Assembly: GCA_001949185.1 (NCBI GenBank)
Contig: BDGG01000003.1
Location: 927,686 to 991,685, forward strand
Direction: 5' to 3'
Length of the DNA stretch: 64,000 nucleotides
Source: Ramazzottius varieornatus
Lineage: Eukaryota; Animalia; Tardigrada
Of this stretch, positions 12,646 through 23,922 are shown piece after piece. The translations under genes were made by a program, and so were the position numbers. Within the stretch, counting starts at the first letter, position 1; each line of letters starts with the position of its first letter. The notes beneath the pieces were generated by a model that saw only the letters and a program-made list of their open reading frames with translations, had not been told where the DNA came from and did no database searches.

Positions 12646-13715
12646 ATGACGAGGTTGCTGCTGAGCGTAGCAGTTTTTGGCTCATTGACTGCCCTCATCG
12701 GGGCGGCTGGATCCCGCGAGACGGATTTTATTCAACCTGGCGATGAGATAAGCGGTAATTGATATAGCTGATGAGTTTTTGTTTTGCCAGTTTTCTGCCA
12801 CCTCATCCGGAATTTTGAATAGAACCATCGGAGCTCGACGATTACGATGACTTCACTGCACAAGGCGGAAGTTCGACCAAGCCGGACCCGAATGCGCCAC
12901 CGCGCCGGGTGATCAAGCTGTGGCCTGATGGTGTTGTGAAATATAAGCTGTCCCCCTCCCTTCTATCTGATAATCGTAAGATAGCCCCACTTCGGGTTTT
13001 GTTTCACAGTAGCATCAAATTCATTCTGAACTCTATTTTAGCAAGAGAAATCGCAAACTTGCGCGCCATCATGACCACCATCTCACAGAAGACTTGCGTG
13101 CGATTCTCTCAGGCGTCGGCTGGAGAGCAAAGCTATGTTAGTGTAATTCCCGGACTCAAGTATGTACCTCGGGCTAAAGTATGTCAGAGGTTCCCCAAGA
13201 CAAGTGACGGTTTTATTTCAGGTGCAAGTCCATGTTGGGAAAGCAGGAAGGAGTTAGCACGTTAATGTTGTCTGTCAAGAACTGCTTCAACAACGGAACT
13301 TTGGCTCGAGGATTCATGCGTATTCTAGGTTTCACCTACGAAAGCAATAGAGCGGATCGCGATCAGTTCTTGACTTTTAACTGGGATAACGTGGCCGAAG
13401 GTGAGAACTGAAAATGCGAACATGGACCTACTCTTAGACTGTGCGTCGGCATGTTCTTTGCTAAATGGAACGTGCCTTCTCATCCTTCTAGCTAACAAGA
13501 AAAAGTTCACAAAGTTATCCGCGGACGATTATCCCGTCACCGATATGCCATACGATTTCTTGTCCTCCACTCACTTCCCGAAAAACGCTTGGGCCATCAA
13601 TAAGAGCAGCTGGACAGTCCGTGCCAAACGCGATCCCGCGCAGCAGTTAGGCAACAACCGTGGGCTCAGCGACGGCGACCTCGCAAAAATCAAGAAGTTT
13701 TACAAGTGTCGTTAG
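12646..13715 (+). CDS. Secreted astacin-family (M12A) pseudo-protease (exons 12646-12754, 12823-12975, 13042-13159, 13222-13400, 13492-13715)
   Basis: Signal peptide, acidic propeptide, LWPDGVVKY, KTCVRF, CKSMLG, RADRD, YDFLS, LSDGDLAKIKKFYKC. The zinc motif position reads RGFMRILGFTYE. Confidence 0.85.
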
Positions 13716-14341
13716 CTTGAAGCGTTATGCCCTGGTATCTGACAGAAACTGAGTGCCGTTTTGATAACTTCGAGATTTCTCTGGACTTTGGGCCTGACGT
13801 AGCATTGTGCCCGTTCTGTACCGGTAGCTCAGCTCAGGTTGAGTTGAGAACATCCTCGAGGCAGGCTCGTATGAAGAGTGTTGCGCAGTTGACGGAGATT
13901 CAAGATATTCATACTTGCTTCTGTATTATAGTCTTTTCCTTCTCGACGGTGAGAATAGTTTGGAGGGTCTGGATATCTGTTCCTAGCTCATATTAGTCGT
14001 AGCAAGAGCGATAGCCGATAGCGAACTAGTGAAACCTGGTCCGGAAGTAGGCAGTTCGATCAATTACTTGTCCAATCAACTCACACGCCAGCATGCATGG
14101 GCACCCAGTGCGCATACTGTGTCGTTTCACGATCAGCTGTTTCCCGCTGAGCGTTGTCATCTCAAGTCTTCCTTCCAGCTTTCCATGTAGCTATAACCCT
14201 AATGTCCCATTCGTGCTTACGCATCAGCGACAGAAGACAGCAGTAAAAACGGTTTTTTGGTGACATCATCGTTCGCACTTCCAGCAGCGAAAGTTCTACG
14301 GCTGCAACAAAAGTTCTTGAGTACGAACGGTTCATTCCTTG

Positions 14342-14539
14342 CTGTATTACCTCTAAGGTTTCGCGCAGTCACGTGACAAGCCAGTAAATATTGCGTGGCG
14401 GGGATAAAAAACTTCACTGCCATCAATCAAAAATTTCCGACCAATCAAACGCAGCAATGTGCCACAATCAANNNNNNNNNNNNNNNNNNNNNNNNNNNNN
14501 NNNNNNNNNNNNNNNNNNNNNACCTTAGAGGTAATACAG
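14342..14539. mobile_element. MITE family B copy spanning an assembly gap
   Basis: ctgtattacctctaaggtttcgcgcagtcacgtg ... accttagaggtaatacag; highly similar to 57489-57695. Confidence 0.8.
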
Positions 14540-15049
14540 TAGCATTTTCCGCTCGGTTTTTCGCTTTAACTTTTTCGCTTAGTACCGTATTTCGCAACCT
14601 ACGGGAATCAGGTTGAGCAGCCTGCGGAAAATGTTTTTCTGGCGGATTTTCACTTTGGCGCGTTTTCTATCTTCCTCTAATACAACCCCTTCTGTACTCA
14701 CCCAGGATCTCTTGCATAGAATCTATCGAAGATATACTGACTCATCGAGGTATACAGTCGGCCACTTCCGACAGGTTATGGTCTATGACATGACACCACA
14801 CCATATGACATGACATGACCTGACCTGATATTCCGTTTCTGCCGCATCGGAGTATGAACGACAGGCAGTTTTACGGGAAGGTGCAGAGTCAAAACTTGGC
14901 GAAAAAGTTGTAACATCATGCCTGCGTCAGAAATTTGCGAACCGTTGGCAGCCGCATTACTTGATTGCAAACTTCTCGCCTCTGACTTCTGTCGCCGACG
15001 CGTAAGCACGAATGGGGCATAACACCTATTAGTAACGCATAGAGAGTTC

Positions 15050-16288
15050 ATGGTCTTCTCTTTGGTTTCTTCGGCAGAGGAGCATCAGGGACGCAGAAGC
15101 ATGGTAAGCAGAGCCAATTTTTGATCATATTCTGTTATGATGTGATGGATTCCGTTCTAGGCGATGAAAGGCAGTCTGCTTGACTTTCTACAAGGATGGA
15201 TGCTGATACCTTGGCGCATATTCATCGAAGTTTACACAAACCTTTATCGACCTTCAATTTCCAAGGATGAAGGAGAGCATGTCCCCGACATGGATGCATC
15301 GGATACCACGGTCGACGAACGCGAGATGCGTCATTGGACCAAATTAGCCGAGACGTGGTGGGATCCCGAAGGCGAATTTGCCCTACTACGCGGCTTCAAC
15401 ACCACGCGTATTCCCTTCATCATCAAGACATACCAAAGACTTCTTCCAAAACAATCAGCTGACTTTTCTGACTTCGACTATCCCTTGAAGGGCCTGAAGG
15501 TGATCGACGTGGGTTGCGGAGCAGGATTAGTGTCCGAGCCTTTGGTCGAACTCGGTGCGGACGTTACCGCCGTGGACATGGTTCCGGAAATCATACAGAT
15601 TGCCAAAACCCACTGGACGCAGACCCACAAAGGCGCAAGAGGTCCAGAGTACCCCGAATATCTATGCGAGCCTGTGGAAGAATTAGCGAAAAGTCGTGAG
15701 GGGTACTACGACATGGCTCTCTGCCTCGAGGTGGGTTCCCTGATTCAGTTGCGCATATGTGTTCATCTAGCCTCACAATATGTGCGCGATCTGGGCTGGT
15801 GAGCGCTTCGCATCACCAAGTGGCGCACATACGCCATGAATACGTCACAATATGTGCGCCAGTTCAGATGCACATTTGCTGATCCGCGCAATTATGGCGA
15901 ATAGCGAACGAATGCAAACGTAGCATGATTCCTCTCCCCGTTGCAGGTGTTGGACCATGTAGGAAACTTACCGCCGTTTGTGGAGCACTGCTGTAAGTTT
16001 GTGCGAAAAGGTGGATGCGCCATCTTCTCCACGTTCAACAGGACGACAGCTGCTTTACTGCTGGGTATTATTGGCGCAGAACACCTGCTTCGGATAGTCC
16101 CTATGGACACCCATCACTTTCACAAGTTCGTCAAGCCTAGTGAGCTGACGGAGATGATCTCTTCTCATGGATTACGAACTGTTAGTGTTCATGGCAGTTT
16201 TCCTTTGAACCCATTTGCACGAAGACCCAAGTGGGTCGACATCGGCTACACCGGCGTGACCTATGTCCTAGTAGCTACACGGGACTGA
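15050..16288 (+). CDS. COQ3: Ubiquinone biosynthesis O-methyltransferase (COQ3/UbiG-like) (exons 15050-15103, 15161-15730, 15947-16288)
   Basis: LAETWWDPEGEF, SAM motif I VIDVGCGAGLVSEPL, EVLDHV, STFNRT, GAEHLLRIVPMDTHHFHKFVKPSEL. First exon less certain. Confidence 0.85.
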
Positions 16289-16569
16289 AGCACGTTTTAC
16301 TCTGCACTCTTTACCGGGAGTTTCTTGCTGGATTATTTTAGCTGTGATTTTTTTATGCTCAGTATCAAACTCGGGCCCCCAACAGCGTCCAGTTCGAAAT
16401 TTGACGGTTCTGACACTTTCCAAATTTAGTTGTATACCGCAGCACCAGTAACAGACAGCCACAACGATAAAATACTATTTACGACCACAACCTCCGCGGT
16501 TTTCATGGTGTGAGGTTGCGCGTTCGCGATTGAGAGATCCAGACATGGAGGATTCTCGAGAACCAGCTT

Positions 16570-16830
16570 TCAGTAGTCAGTACCAACTGGCCGGTCGTAA
16601 TGGACACCACCGCGGGACATGCAGCGCCAGTACGCCAAGGTCAGAGAGTCGGGAGGCCAGTCTTTTCCTGCGGAAAGTAGTCGGTGACAGTGTCGTCTGG
16701 TCATGCTGACAACCCTGTTACAAGCGGGAACTGGATTGGGGTACTGGTTGGAACACGAGGAAGCCATCTTGAACATTGTCAAAATAGTCAAACCCAACAC
16801 CACAAAATATGGCAGGAAACTGCTCCCCAT
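16570..16830 (-). CDS. Small putative secreted Cys-containing peptide (~86 aa)
   Basis: Hydrophobic N-terminus MGSSFLPYFVVLGLTILTMFKMASS followed by a mature part with 4 Cys; convergent with COQ3. Confidence 0.5.
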   Translation of the reverse strand: MGSSFLPYFVVLGLTILTMFKMASSCSNQYPNPVPACNRVVSMTRRHCHRLLSAGKDWPPDSLTLAYWRCMSRGGVHYDRPVGTDY

Positions 16831-17682
16831 GACAGGAAGTGGTAGGTCCGTCACGAAACGACAATGGAATCAAAATACGTTTCTTTCAGAACCAGGATCC
16901 AGCAACGACCGTTAGGATATTCCACGTTACAATAGTCTTCAGCAGGGCTTTTATGCTCTGGGAAGCAGGTCGTACAATGGGAAACCACAAAGTCTGCACG
17001 ACCTCCGCATATGTTTCGTTACGATCGGGAATAAAGCGGCGTGCTGTGTTATTCGACCGAGAAGTTATTTGATGTTATGCAAGGTCTTCGTGGGTGTTTA
17101 CGTCAATCGGCTCCGTAAAAGTCCTTCGGCTATTCCACACGTCACTCATCCATCACTCTGCTAATGTGGGATGTGAGGATTATTTAATTCGGGAGCGAGC
17201 TCAACATGCAGTACTGGCGGTTGCAAGAGCATCTACTTTAAATCTGCGACCGGCGCACGCAGCAATTTTCCAGAAAATCACCTATCCTAGACTCCTGGAA
17301 GGTTTTAATAATAACATATTTTTAATAACATGTTTTTCTCACTGCTAAATTGGTGCTAATCGCGGCAGCCTGTTGGGGAAGAGCAAGACCTCGCAGCTCG
17401 AGGGTTTTTTTCCGAGGCGTTAAACGGCGTGATTTCGTGACATCACGGAGACCAGACGTCATACGCATCCGCCTGTGCTGTAGGAGTTGTGCCTCTTCCC
17501 GTAGGCTCATAGCCCTATACCTGGGGATTCCTCCTACTGATCTGGTCCTACGCACGGTTTAAACACCCAGTCACTGCCACCGCTGAAAACGAGGTTCAAA
17601 TCACTTGATTTATTGGGAGGTTCAGCCATTTTGTTTGCAACTGTAATCATCTCATCTCTTTCTTCCAGGATATCTCTTCCTC

Positions 17683-18663
17683 ATGGATCCCCTAGCGCCA
17701 CTGGCCGAAAGCATAGTCGGAGAAGAGATGGAAGATGTGCAGGAGAATCAGGAAGTGGACGATTTGTACGAGCGGAGCCCCACTCCGCAGCCTTTACCTC
17801 CTGACATCCCTCAGTACAATTCCGTACATGTCGCTAATCACAAGCCCTTGCCCATCCCTCGATCCTACCTCCCTATGCTTGGCAGACCTGCGAAGTCCAT
17901 GAAATCGACCGTTCCGATGAAAGATGGCGAAACCACGACCATGACGACGATATACGTCCCGGAAGGAGGCAGTGTTGCTACTCCGAAAGCAGCTGTCGAT
18001 ACAGACAAGCCCAAAGGACCACGAGGCGCGCACATCAAGCGCTCCCCACAGGCTGCCATCGCTCTCGCTGTGCATCGCCTAAAAGCCACGGGAAAGTTCA
18101 CCAACGAACAGCTCGGAGACATCTTCGATCGAGGACCGAAGTGGGCGTACAAAATTCAGAGGACGACGTCCAGTATGACTGGTATATTTACCTTCAATCA
18201 AGTACAGTCAATCAATGCGTGCCATGGTCTACACTGTAGTAACTTCGAGTTCACTGATCTATTCAAATCTATTGTGAGCTGTATGCAGGTGCATGAGATG
18301 CTGTGCACTGTACTGTCTTTGTCCGCAGGTGAGCAACTGAACCCGAAGAAGCCCGGAAGGCGGAAGAAGCAAAGTTCGACAATAGACGAAGCTATCCAGA
18401 GGTACGTCAAGGACTTTCAGACAACCAGCGGTGCCACGATCTCGCGATTCCTGAAGGAACATGGCATCGCCAACGTTTCCGGGCATACGATTGTCCGCCG
18501 GTTGAAAGAGTTGGGCATCGCCCGTATCGAGAAACCTCCTGGACCAAGCGCCGAACGCTACAGACGAACCACTAAATACAGACAGAAACATCCCGAAATG
18601 TTTCAGCAACAGTATGACAACGGCGCGGGATCTGATAACGAGTACAGTATCGTTGAAACATGA
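17683..18663 (+). CDS. Protein with Tc1/mariner-type bipartite HTH DNA-binding domain and no DDE domain (intron 18182-18328)
   Basis: HTH1 FTNEQLGDIFDRGPKWAYKIQR, linker KKPGRRKK, HTH2 TSGATISRFLKEHGIANVSGHTIVRRLKELG; acidic/Pro-rich N-terminus; in-frame 147-nt GT-AG intron. Confidence 0.7.
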   Translation: MDPLAPLAESIVGEEMEDVQENQEVDDLYERSPTPQPLPPDIPQYNSVHVANHKPLPIPRSYLPMLGRPAKSMKSTVPMKDGETTTMTTIYVPEGGSVATPKAAVDTDKPKGPRGAHIKRSPQAAIALAVHRLKATGKFTNEQLGDIFDRGPKWAYKIQRTTSSMTGIFTFNQVQSINACHGLHCSNFEFTDLFKSIVSCMQVHEMLCTVLSLSAGEQLNPKKPGRRKKQSSTIDEAIQRYVKDFQTTSGATISRFLKEHGIANVSGHTIVRRLKELGIARIEKPPGPSAERYRRTTKYRQKHPEMFQQQYDNGAGSDNEYSIVET

Positions 18664-19647
18664 TCAGGAACTTCATTTGGTAGAAAACAGTCCCAAAGAC
18701 CTACTTCGTACTCGCAGTCGTGTTGTTGAACATTTTGGTCCTTTTGAGTTGATTGCCGTACCAAGTCCAAGCTGGTGCGGTTTTGTCGAGTCGAGCGAGT
18801 GGCTCGACGAGCCGATAATAAAAGCGAGGCTCCGCTCTCCATATGTCGCAGTAACATCCTCCCAGTTTAAGTGAATCCGCCGGAAGCGATAGAATCAGTC
18901 AGCTGACCGGCGAGTCACAGCATTAGAAAGTCGGGGGCTTCATGACGTCATTTCATCGTTTAACTTTGCAGGCCATAATTTCCTTCTTACGTAATACGCG
19001 TTCGGTTGATTGTAGAATGTAGAGAAAATCGTACACGCACGACGACATATCACGGGCCAGTATAAATTACGGGCCAGGAGGAAAAGACGGCAAATTTACA
19101 ATTCTTATGGAAGCCAGAAACAGAAATCACACAACTGACGTTACATAGTAAAATTCAACCGTAGAAAATTGTCATGGACATGTGGCCATCAGCTGATCAG
19201 ATGTTTTACTCTAACGATTCTATGCTGCTGTCGACTTTCTCCCGGAGGCCGGAGAACAGTATTATTTTAATCATTATAATAGGAAATCGATTTTAGTAAC
19301 TAAAATCGTTTTGATTGTGCAGGTCGGTGTTGATCGATTGATCCATAACAGGAAATCGAGTTTTAAATCTAATAATTGAAATTCGTCAGCGATAATTGAT
19401 TTTACTTACAGTCAGCTGATCACGAAGACTCAACATTAGCGCGTGACTTTTAATAATTTTTGACGCCTGGACCTTCCTTAATTACGAAACGAACACGGAA
19501 GTACTTGGGGTCAATGAAGGTAAACTGTCAAGGTAGGCGGATATACACAATTGCGTAAACCATTTGCCCAGCCTTCGCACAGTCCCCAAACACAGACCCC
19601 AAGCGGAGGCTGATTGAACTAACCTGAGATTCGCAGCATAGTTTGGG

Positions 19648-20442
19648 TCAAGGAGCCATATCTGGTCGGACGTATAGGTTTGAAACGTCGCTTCTCCATC
19701 TACCTATGGCCCTAATCTGTTCCATGGAGCTTCCGGCTTTAGAAGCCCTCGAGACCGCTCCTATCCGGAAACTATGAGAGGCACAGCCATTCCCGAGAAA
19801 AATTTGTAGCTCGCGATTGGCACGTTGGCGAGTCAGGTAGCATCCATCATGGGAAATGAATAATGGTGTATGTCTTGCTGAAGATCTGACCAGCATATAA
19901 GCGTGAACGGCTCGTACGGGACAAGTATCCGTTTGAGTTTTTGTTATATAAATTGCAGGAGGTGTGGTTTTGCGATGGGTTTTGTCTCGCCGCAAACATA
20001 TTTGGACCGAATCGCAGGATATTTGTAAGTCATTCAGGACAAGGTTTGATTTGTCAAAACTTGTCTCCTTCGAGCTAGTATACTCGAACACACGTAACAT
20101 GCCGTAGAAGGCCATGGTGAAAGCCGTCCAAAGCATCAGTTGGTCGTGTCGAGGAATGAGAGATCCGAATAGGTCAGCTTTGAGCTGTCGTAAATGTTCT
20201 ATTGTCAGAGGCTTTCTCTTGTATGTGTCGCGACGGGTTTGGTTGGTTAGACCTTTCAACATCATTGAGAGGTAATGGTCATTTCTACCAGGATGTTCGA
20301 AACCGTGCTCCAGTTGTTCTGAACGCACGCCGGCTACATAAACTGTCGCTGTTTTCCCGCTTAGCCCTTCGCTATCCAACCAGGAAACGAACCGTCTGAT
20401 GGTTTGGTGATCCGTAGGGAGATAACGGAGATGACGGCTCAA
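19648..20442 (-). CDS. Tyrosine recombinase of the retroelement (N-terminus cut by a premature stop)
   Basis: Catalytic R...HxxR...W...Y residues present in the 264-aa ORF. Confidence 0.85.
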   Translation of the reverse strand: MSRHLRYLPTDHQTIRRFVSWLDSEGLSGKTATVYVAGVRSEQLEHGFEHPGRNDHYLSMMLKGLTNQTRRDTYKRKPLTIEHLRQLKADLFGSLIPRHDQLMLWTAFTMAFYGMLRVFEYTSSKETSFDKSNLVLNDLQISCDSVQICLRRDKTHRKTTPPAIYITKTQTDTCPVRAVHAYMLVRSSARHTPLFISHDGCYLTRQRANRELQIFLGNGCASHSFRIGAVSRASKAGSSMEQIRAIGRWRSDVSNLYVRPDMAP

Positions 20443-23400
20443 ACAGGAAGAGCGAAATCACCCAAATCCATTTCGGTAGCCTCTTCTGGTAGAGGGAGTC
20501 AATCGCTTACCGACGAGCTCTCGCGATCTTGCATCGAGTTCGAACGGTTTCCGGGTTCTAGCCTGATCTCCCGCAAAAAATCTAGGATGTTTCTACCATT
20601 ATGGGCTCGGTATTGGCCTTGGGATGATTTTCGAAGAACCGCGGGTTGTCGAATCTAGACCCAGCATCAGCCAATGTATTATCGACGCCGCTTATATGCG
20701 TTATTCCTAGCGTGAAATTGTTGTTTGCCGCTTCAACATAGGTGCGGCGTATCACCGTCATGATGGCGACATTCGATGACGTACATTTTGCCCAGATCTA
20801 GACCACCGACATATTGGCGGAATGAAATAAGATTCGCTTTGTCTGCCAGTCTGACCCCCAGACACAGCACGAGATTAAAGCTGGCAACAGTTCCAACAAA
20901 GCAATGGATGGTTTGGCTTCAAGTAGCCAGCTTGGCCATCGTAACTGAGACCGTTCTGCGCCGTAAACACCACCGCAACCGATGCTACCTGATGCGTCAG
21001 TAAATAGATGCATACTTGGAGATGCATACTGCCCGAAGAAACTTGCACGAGCCATCCCACGTCGGAAGAAAATCTATCCACCACTGCCGATCTGCTCTGA
21101 AGCCATCGTTCAGTTTCAGTTCAGGATGGTCGAGTTGTTTAACCTTATGTGCAAGATTGAGCATCCTTCGGAGGAAGATTCTGCCAGCCGGGATACATTT
21201 GGTTGCGAAGCCCAATTGTCCGCAAATGCTAAGAATTTCCCGTTTAGTAGCTTTCACTCTAGCTTTGTATACCGTGAACAAATCTTGAATTTCCTTAACT
21301 TTACTTTCCGGAATGCTGATAGTCTGAGTTTCAGTATCGAGTTGAATGCCAAGGAAGGTGAGTTTAGTCGTAGGGCCCTCGGTTTTTTCTTCTGCTATAG
21401 GCACACCAAGGTGTGCACATAATGCTCGTATAAAAGTCAACGTATAATGGCAAGCAGGTGACGAACTAGGTGCAGCCCACCAGAAATCATCGATGTAATG
21501 CAAAACGTCGAGCATTCCACCAGTAGTCTTAATTTTCCATTCGAGAATTTTGGAGAGATCATCGAACAAACTAGGTGAAGATCGACACCCAAACGGCAGT
21601 ACCGTATCGAAATAATATTTTCCATCCCACATGTAAACAAGCAGACGCCAATCCTCTTTCGCGACTGGTATGAGTCTAAAGGCGCCCTTCAAATCCGTTT
21701 TTGCCATCAAACAGCCCTTTCCAAGTTTAAGACAAATATCAATGGCGTCGTCGACTGAACAGAAGTTAAGGGTATAATCTGTTTTCGAAATGTAATCGTT
21801 GACTGACTGTCTGAAGGGTCAGGACAAGTCCATAATAAGGCGAACTCCGCCTAGTTTTTTGGGGCGTACACCCATGGAGGAACAAATGAAGTGGGGAAAA
21901 GGCGGATGGTCCAAAGGACCAACGGTGTGCTTTGCAGCAACCTCTTTGGCTACATAATCGCGTACGACCTCAGGGTGTTCTCGAGCAGTTCGAGCGTTAG
22001 GAGTAATTTGAGTAACATCAGGGCCAGTATAACCCAGGCGAAAACCATTGATAAGACCATTGACGAAATAATCAGCAAATTCGGAGTCAGGATAATCCTT
22101 CAGGGCATGAGCAAACCGTTCTGGTATCAACGGGGTATATGCTTTATCAGGAATTTCAACAGAAGTAAAATGATGAGTGGTAACAGGAACGGGTGCTAGC
22201 GAAGTAGATGGAACACTAAGCGTAGCGATGGGTGAGCTTGGTATGCCCGGTTTTGAGGCATTGCGAACAGGGCATAGTTCTGATAACATGGTTCAGCGCA
22301 GCCACCGGGTTCGGTAAAACGACTGCAAGCCAGGACCACAGCTTTAGGTCGATTACCATCAGAGTTAGAATTATAGCCATCAGATGTCATATTAGAAAAT
22401 CTATTAGAAGATCTATTCACACCTTCTTTCTTGCTGGGGCATGTTGTTGCCATATGGCCCTTCTCGCTGCATATATGGCAGGTAGCGGTGCGAATCCACT
22501 CAGAGTATGAACCTCGAGCAACGGTGCTGATAACTGTGGTGGTAGTAGCGGTTGGCTTGAAATTATTTTTAACGGCCTTAACGATATCACGGTCCTCGTG
22601 GTACCACCCGGTTACATCACAATCTTTTGACGGAAACGTTGGTCATATTCCAACCAAAAGCGCACGTCAGGCTTTCGTGAAGCCAACCCCCGGATGATGC
22701 CACTATAGGCAAGGAAAGGTATAGCCATATCGGGGTAATAGTAGCTCCGATAGAGAGAGAAAGTCAAAAACGCATCTTGCCAGGAGGGCAAGTCAACGAT
22801 CACCAAGTGTCCTGTACTAGGGTCACCGGGTTGTTTGCGCTTGGTGTTATCAGGCACATATCTATCAGTAACCAGATCCTGGAAAACCACGTAGGCTGCT
22901 TTTTGTCGAAGCAACTTTTCAACAGTAGGAGTGACTGGGGGGAAGTTGAAATGAGTAGAAGGAGGTGGCTTTTTTCAAACGACACTGTAGACAACTGGGG
23001 TAGGTGAGGAAGGTATTTGATTGCCGTACTGCGGTAGAGGCGAAGAAGCCCGGGAGACTGAGTACGTTGGGGGGAGCGTACCTGACGATGGAGTGACTCG
23101 TTTGTAGCTTCCAGCCGCTTGACATGACGAAGGATGGCGGCAATCTCTTCTGGTGTCGGGTAAGTGGCGTTGGTAGGCAACCACGATCCCTTCCATTTCG
23201 GCCTGCCTGTTCGCCTTGTAATCGTCCACCGGAAGAATGTCCCATGTGACCCATCAAGACGTCGTGTCCACCAGGTCCAACTTGGCCACCAACATACGCG
23301 CTCCCTTCGTATTCCGTTCTTCTTTCCTGTCTTCCTGATCTATCCGACACGCGAAGTAATTCCGGACCAGTTCCCTGTCTTTCCAGTCTTCCAGATCCAC

Positions 23401-23688
23401 TTTCCAGTCTTCTGGTTCATTCTCCAAGCGGCTTGGGCTTCCCTGTCGGTCTTCTCGTCCGGGTGCTGCGAACAGCTCCAAGGCCCGATCCACACTGACC
23501 GCGCGACGAACGTCTTTCAACGCCGAGCGAAGGCGTTTGGCGAGAGGCACCTCTGGTAACGCGGTAAGAACTTGACTATCATCAGGCCCAGCTGGATTTT
23601 TGGTACCGTAACGGTGTCGTCCACTAGGGCTATCACTGGCTACCGGAGGCATAGCCCCGTGTGGGCTCTGAGGTCGCGAGTTTGCCAT
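19648..23688 (-). mobile_element. Degenerate tyrosine-recombinase retrotransposon (Ngaro-like, DIRS order): gag, RT, RNase H, YR
   Basis: gag with WLEYDQRFRQK and CCHC knuckle CHICSEKGHMATTC; RT KTDLKGAFRL, LPFGCRSSP, HYIDDF; RNase H FTDASG, IALLEL, DNTLADAGSR; YR GMLRVFE, HSFRIG, GRW. Stops at ~21819, ~20798, ~20458 plus frameshifts. Termini not identified. Confidence 0.9.
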
Positions 23689-23922
23689 CGAGAAGACTTA
23701 AAAAAGCTGAGAAAAAAAAATGTGCTCACTTCGTGAAACAGTGACTGACTCCAGCTGTAAATTTAGACTGTAAGCTACTCAGAATCCACATGGCAGCCTA
23801 ATCAAATGACTATTCTGTAATGAGGGAAATGCCGAAATGGCGTCAACGGCAGTGTAACACCTTTCGCCGTTAACTCTCTTAACTGCATAGTAAAATAACA
23901 CTGGCCGGCAAGCACAACACAG

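Noticed and set aside
15745-15905. Structured RNA in the COQ3 intron
   Set aside because: Inverted caagtggcgcaca/tgtgcgcca motifs recur at ~59265-59320, which fits a decayed MITE better than a snoRNA or miRNA.
19648-20442. Phage integrase or horizontal transfer
   Set aside because: It is the YR gene of the adjoining gag-RT-RNaseH retroelement.
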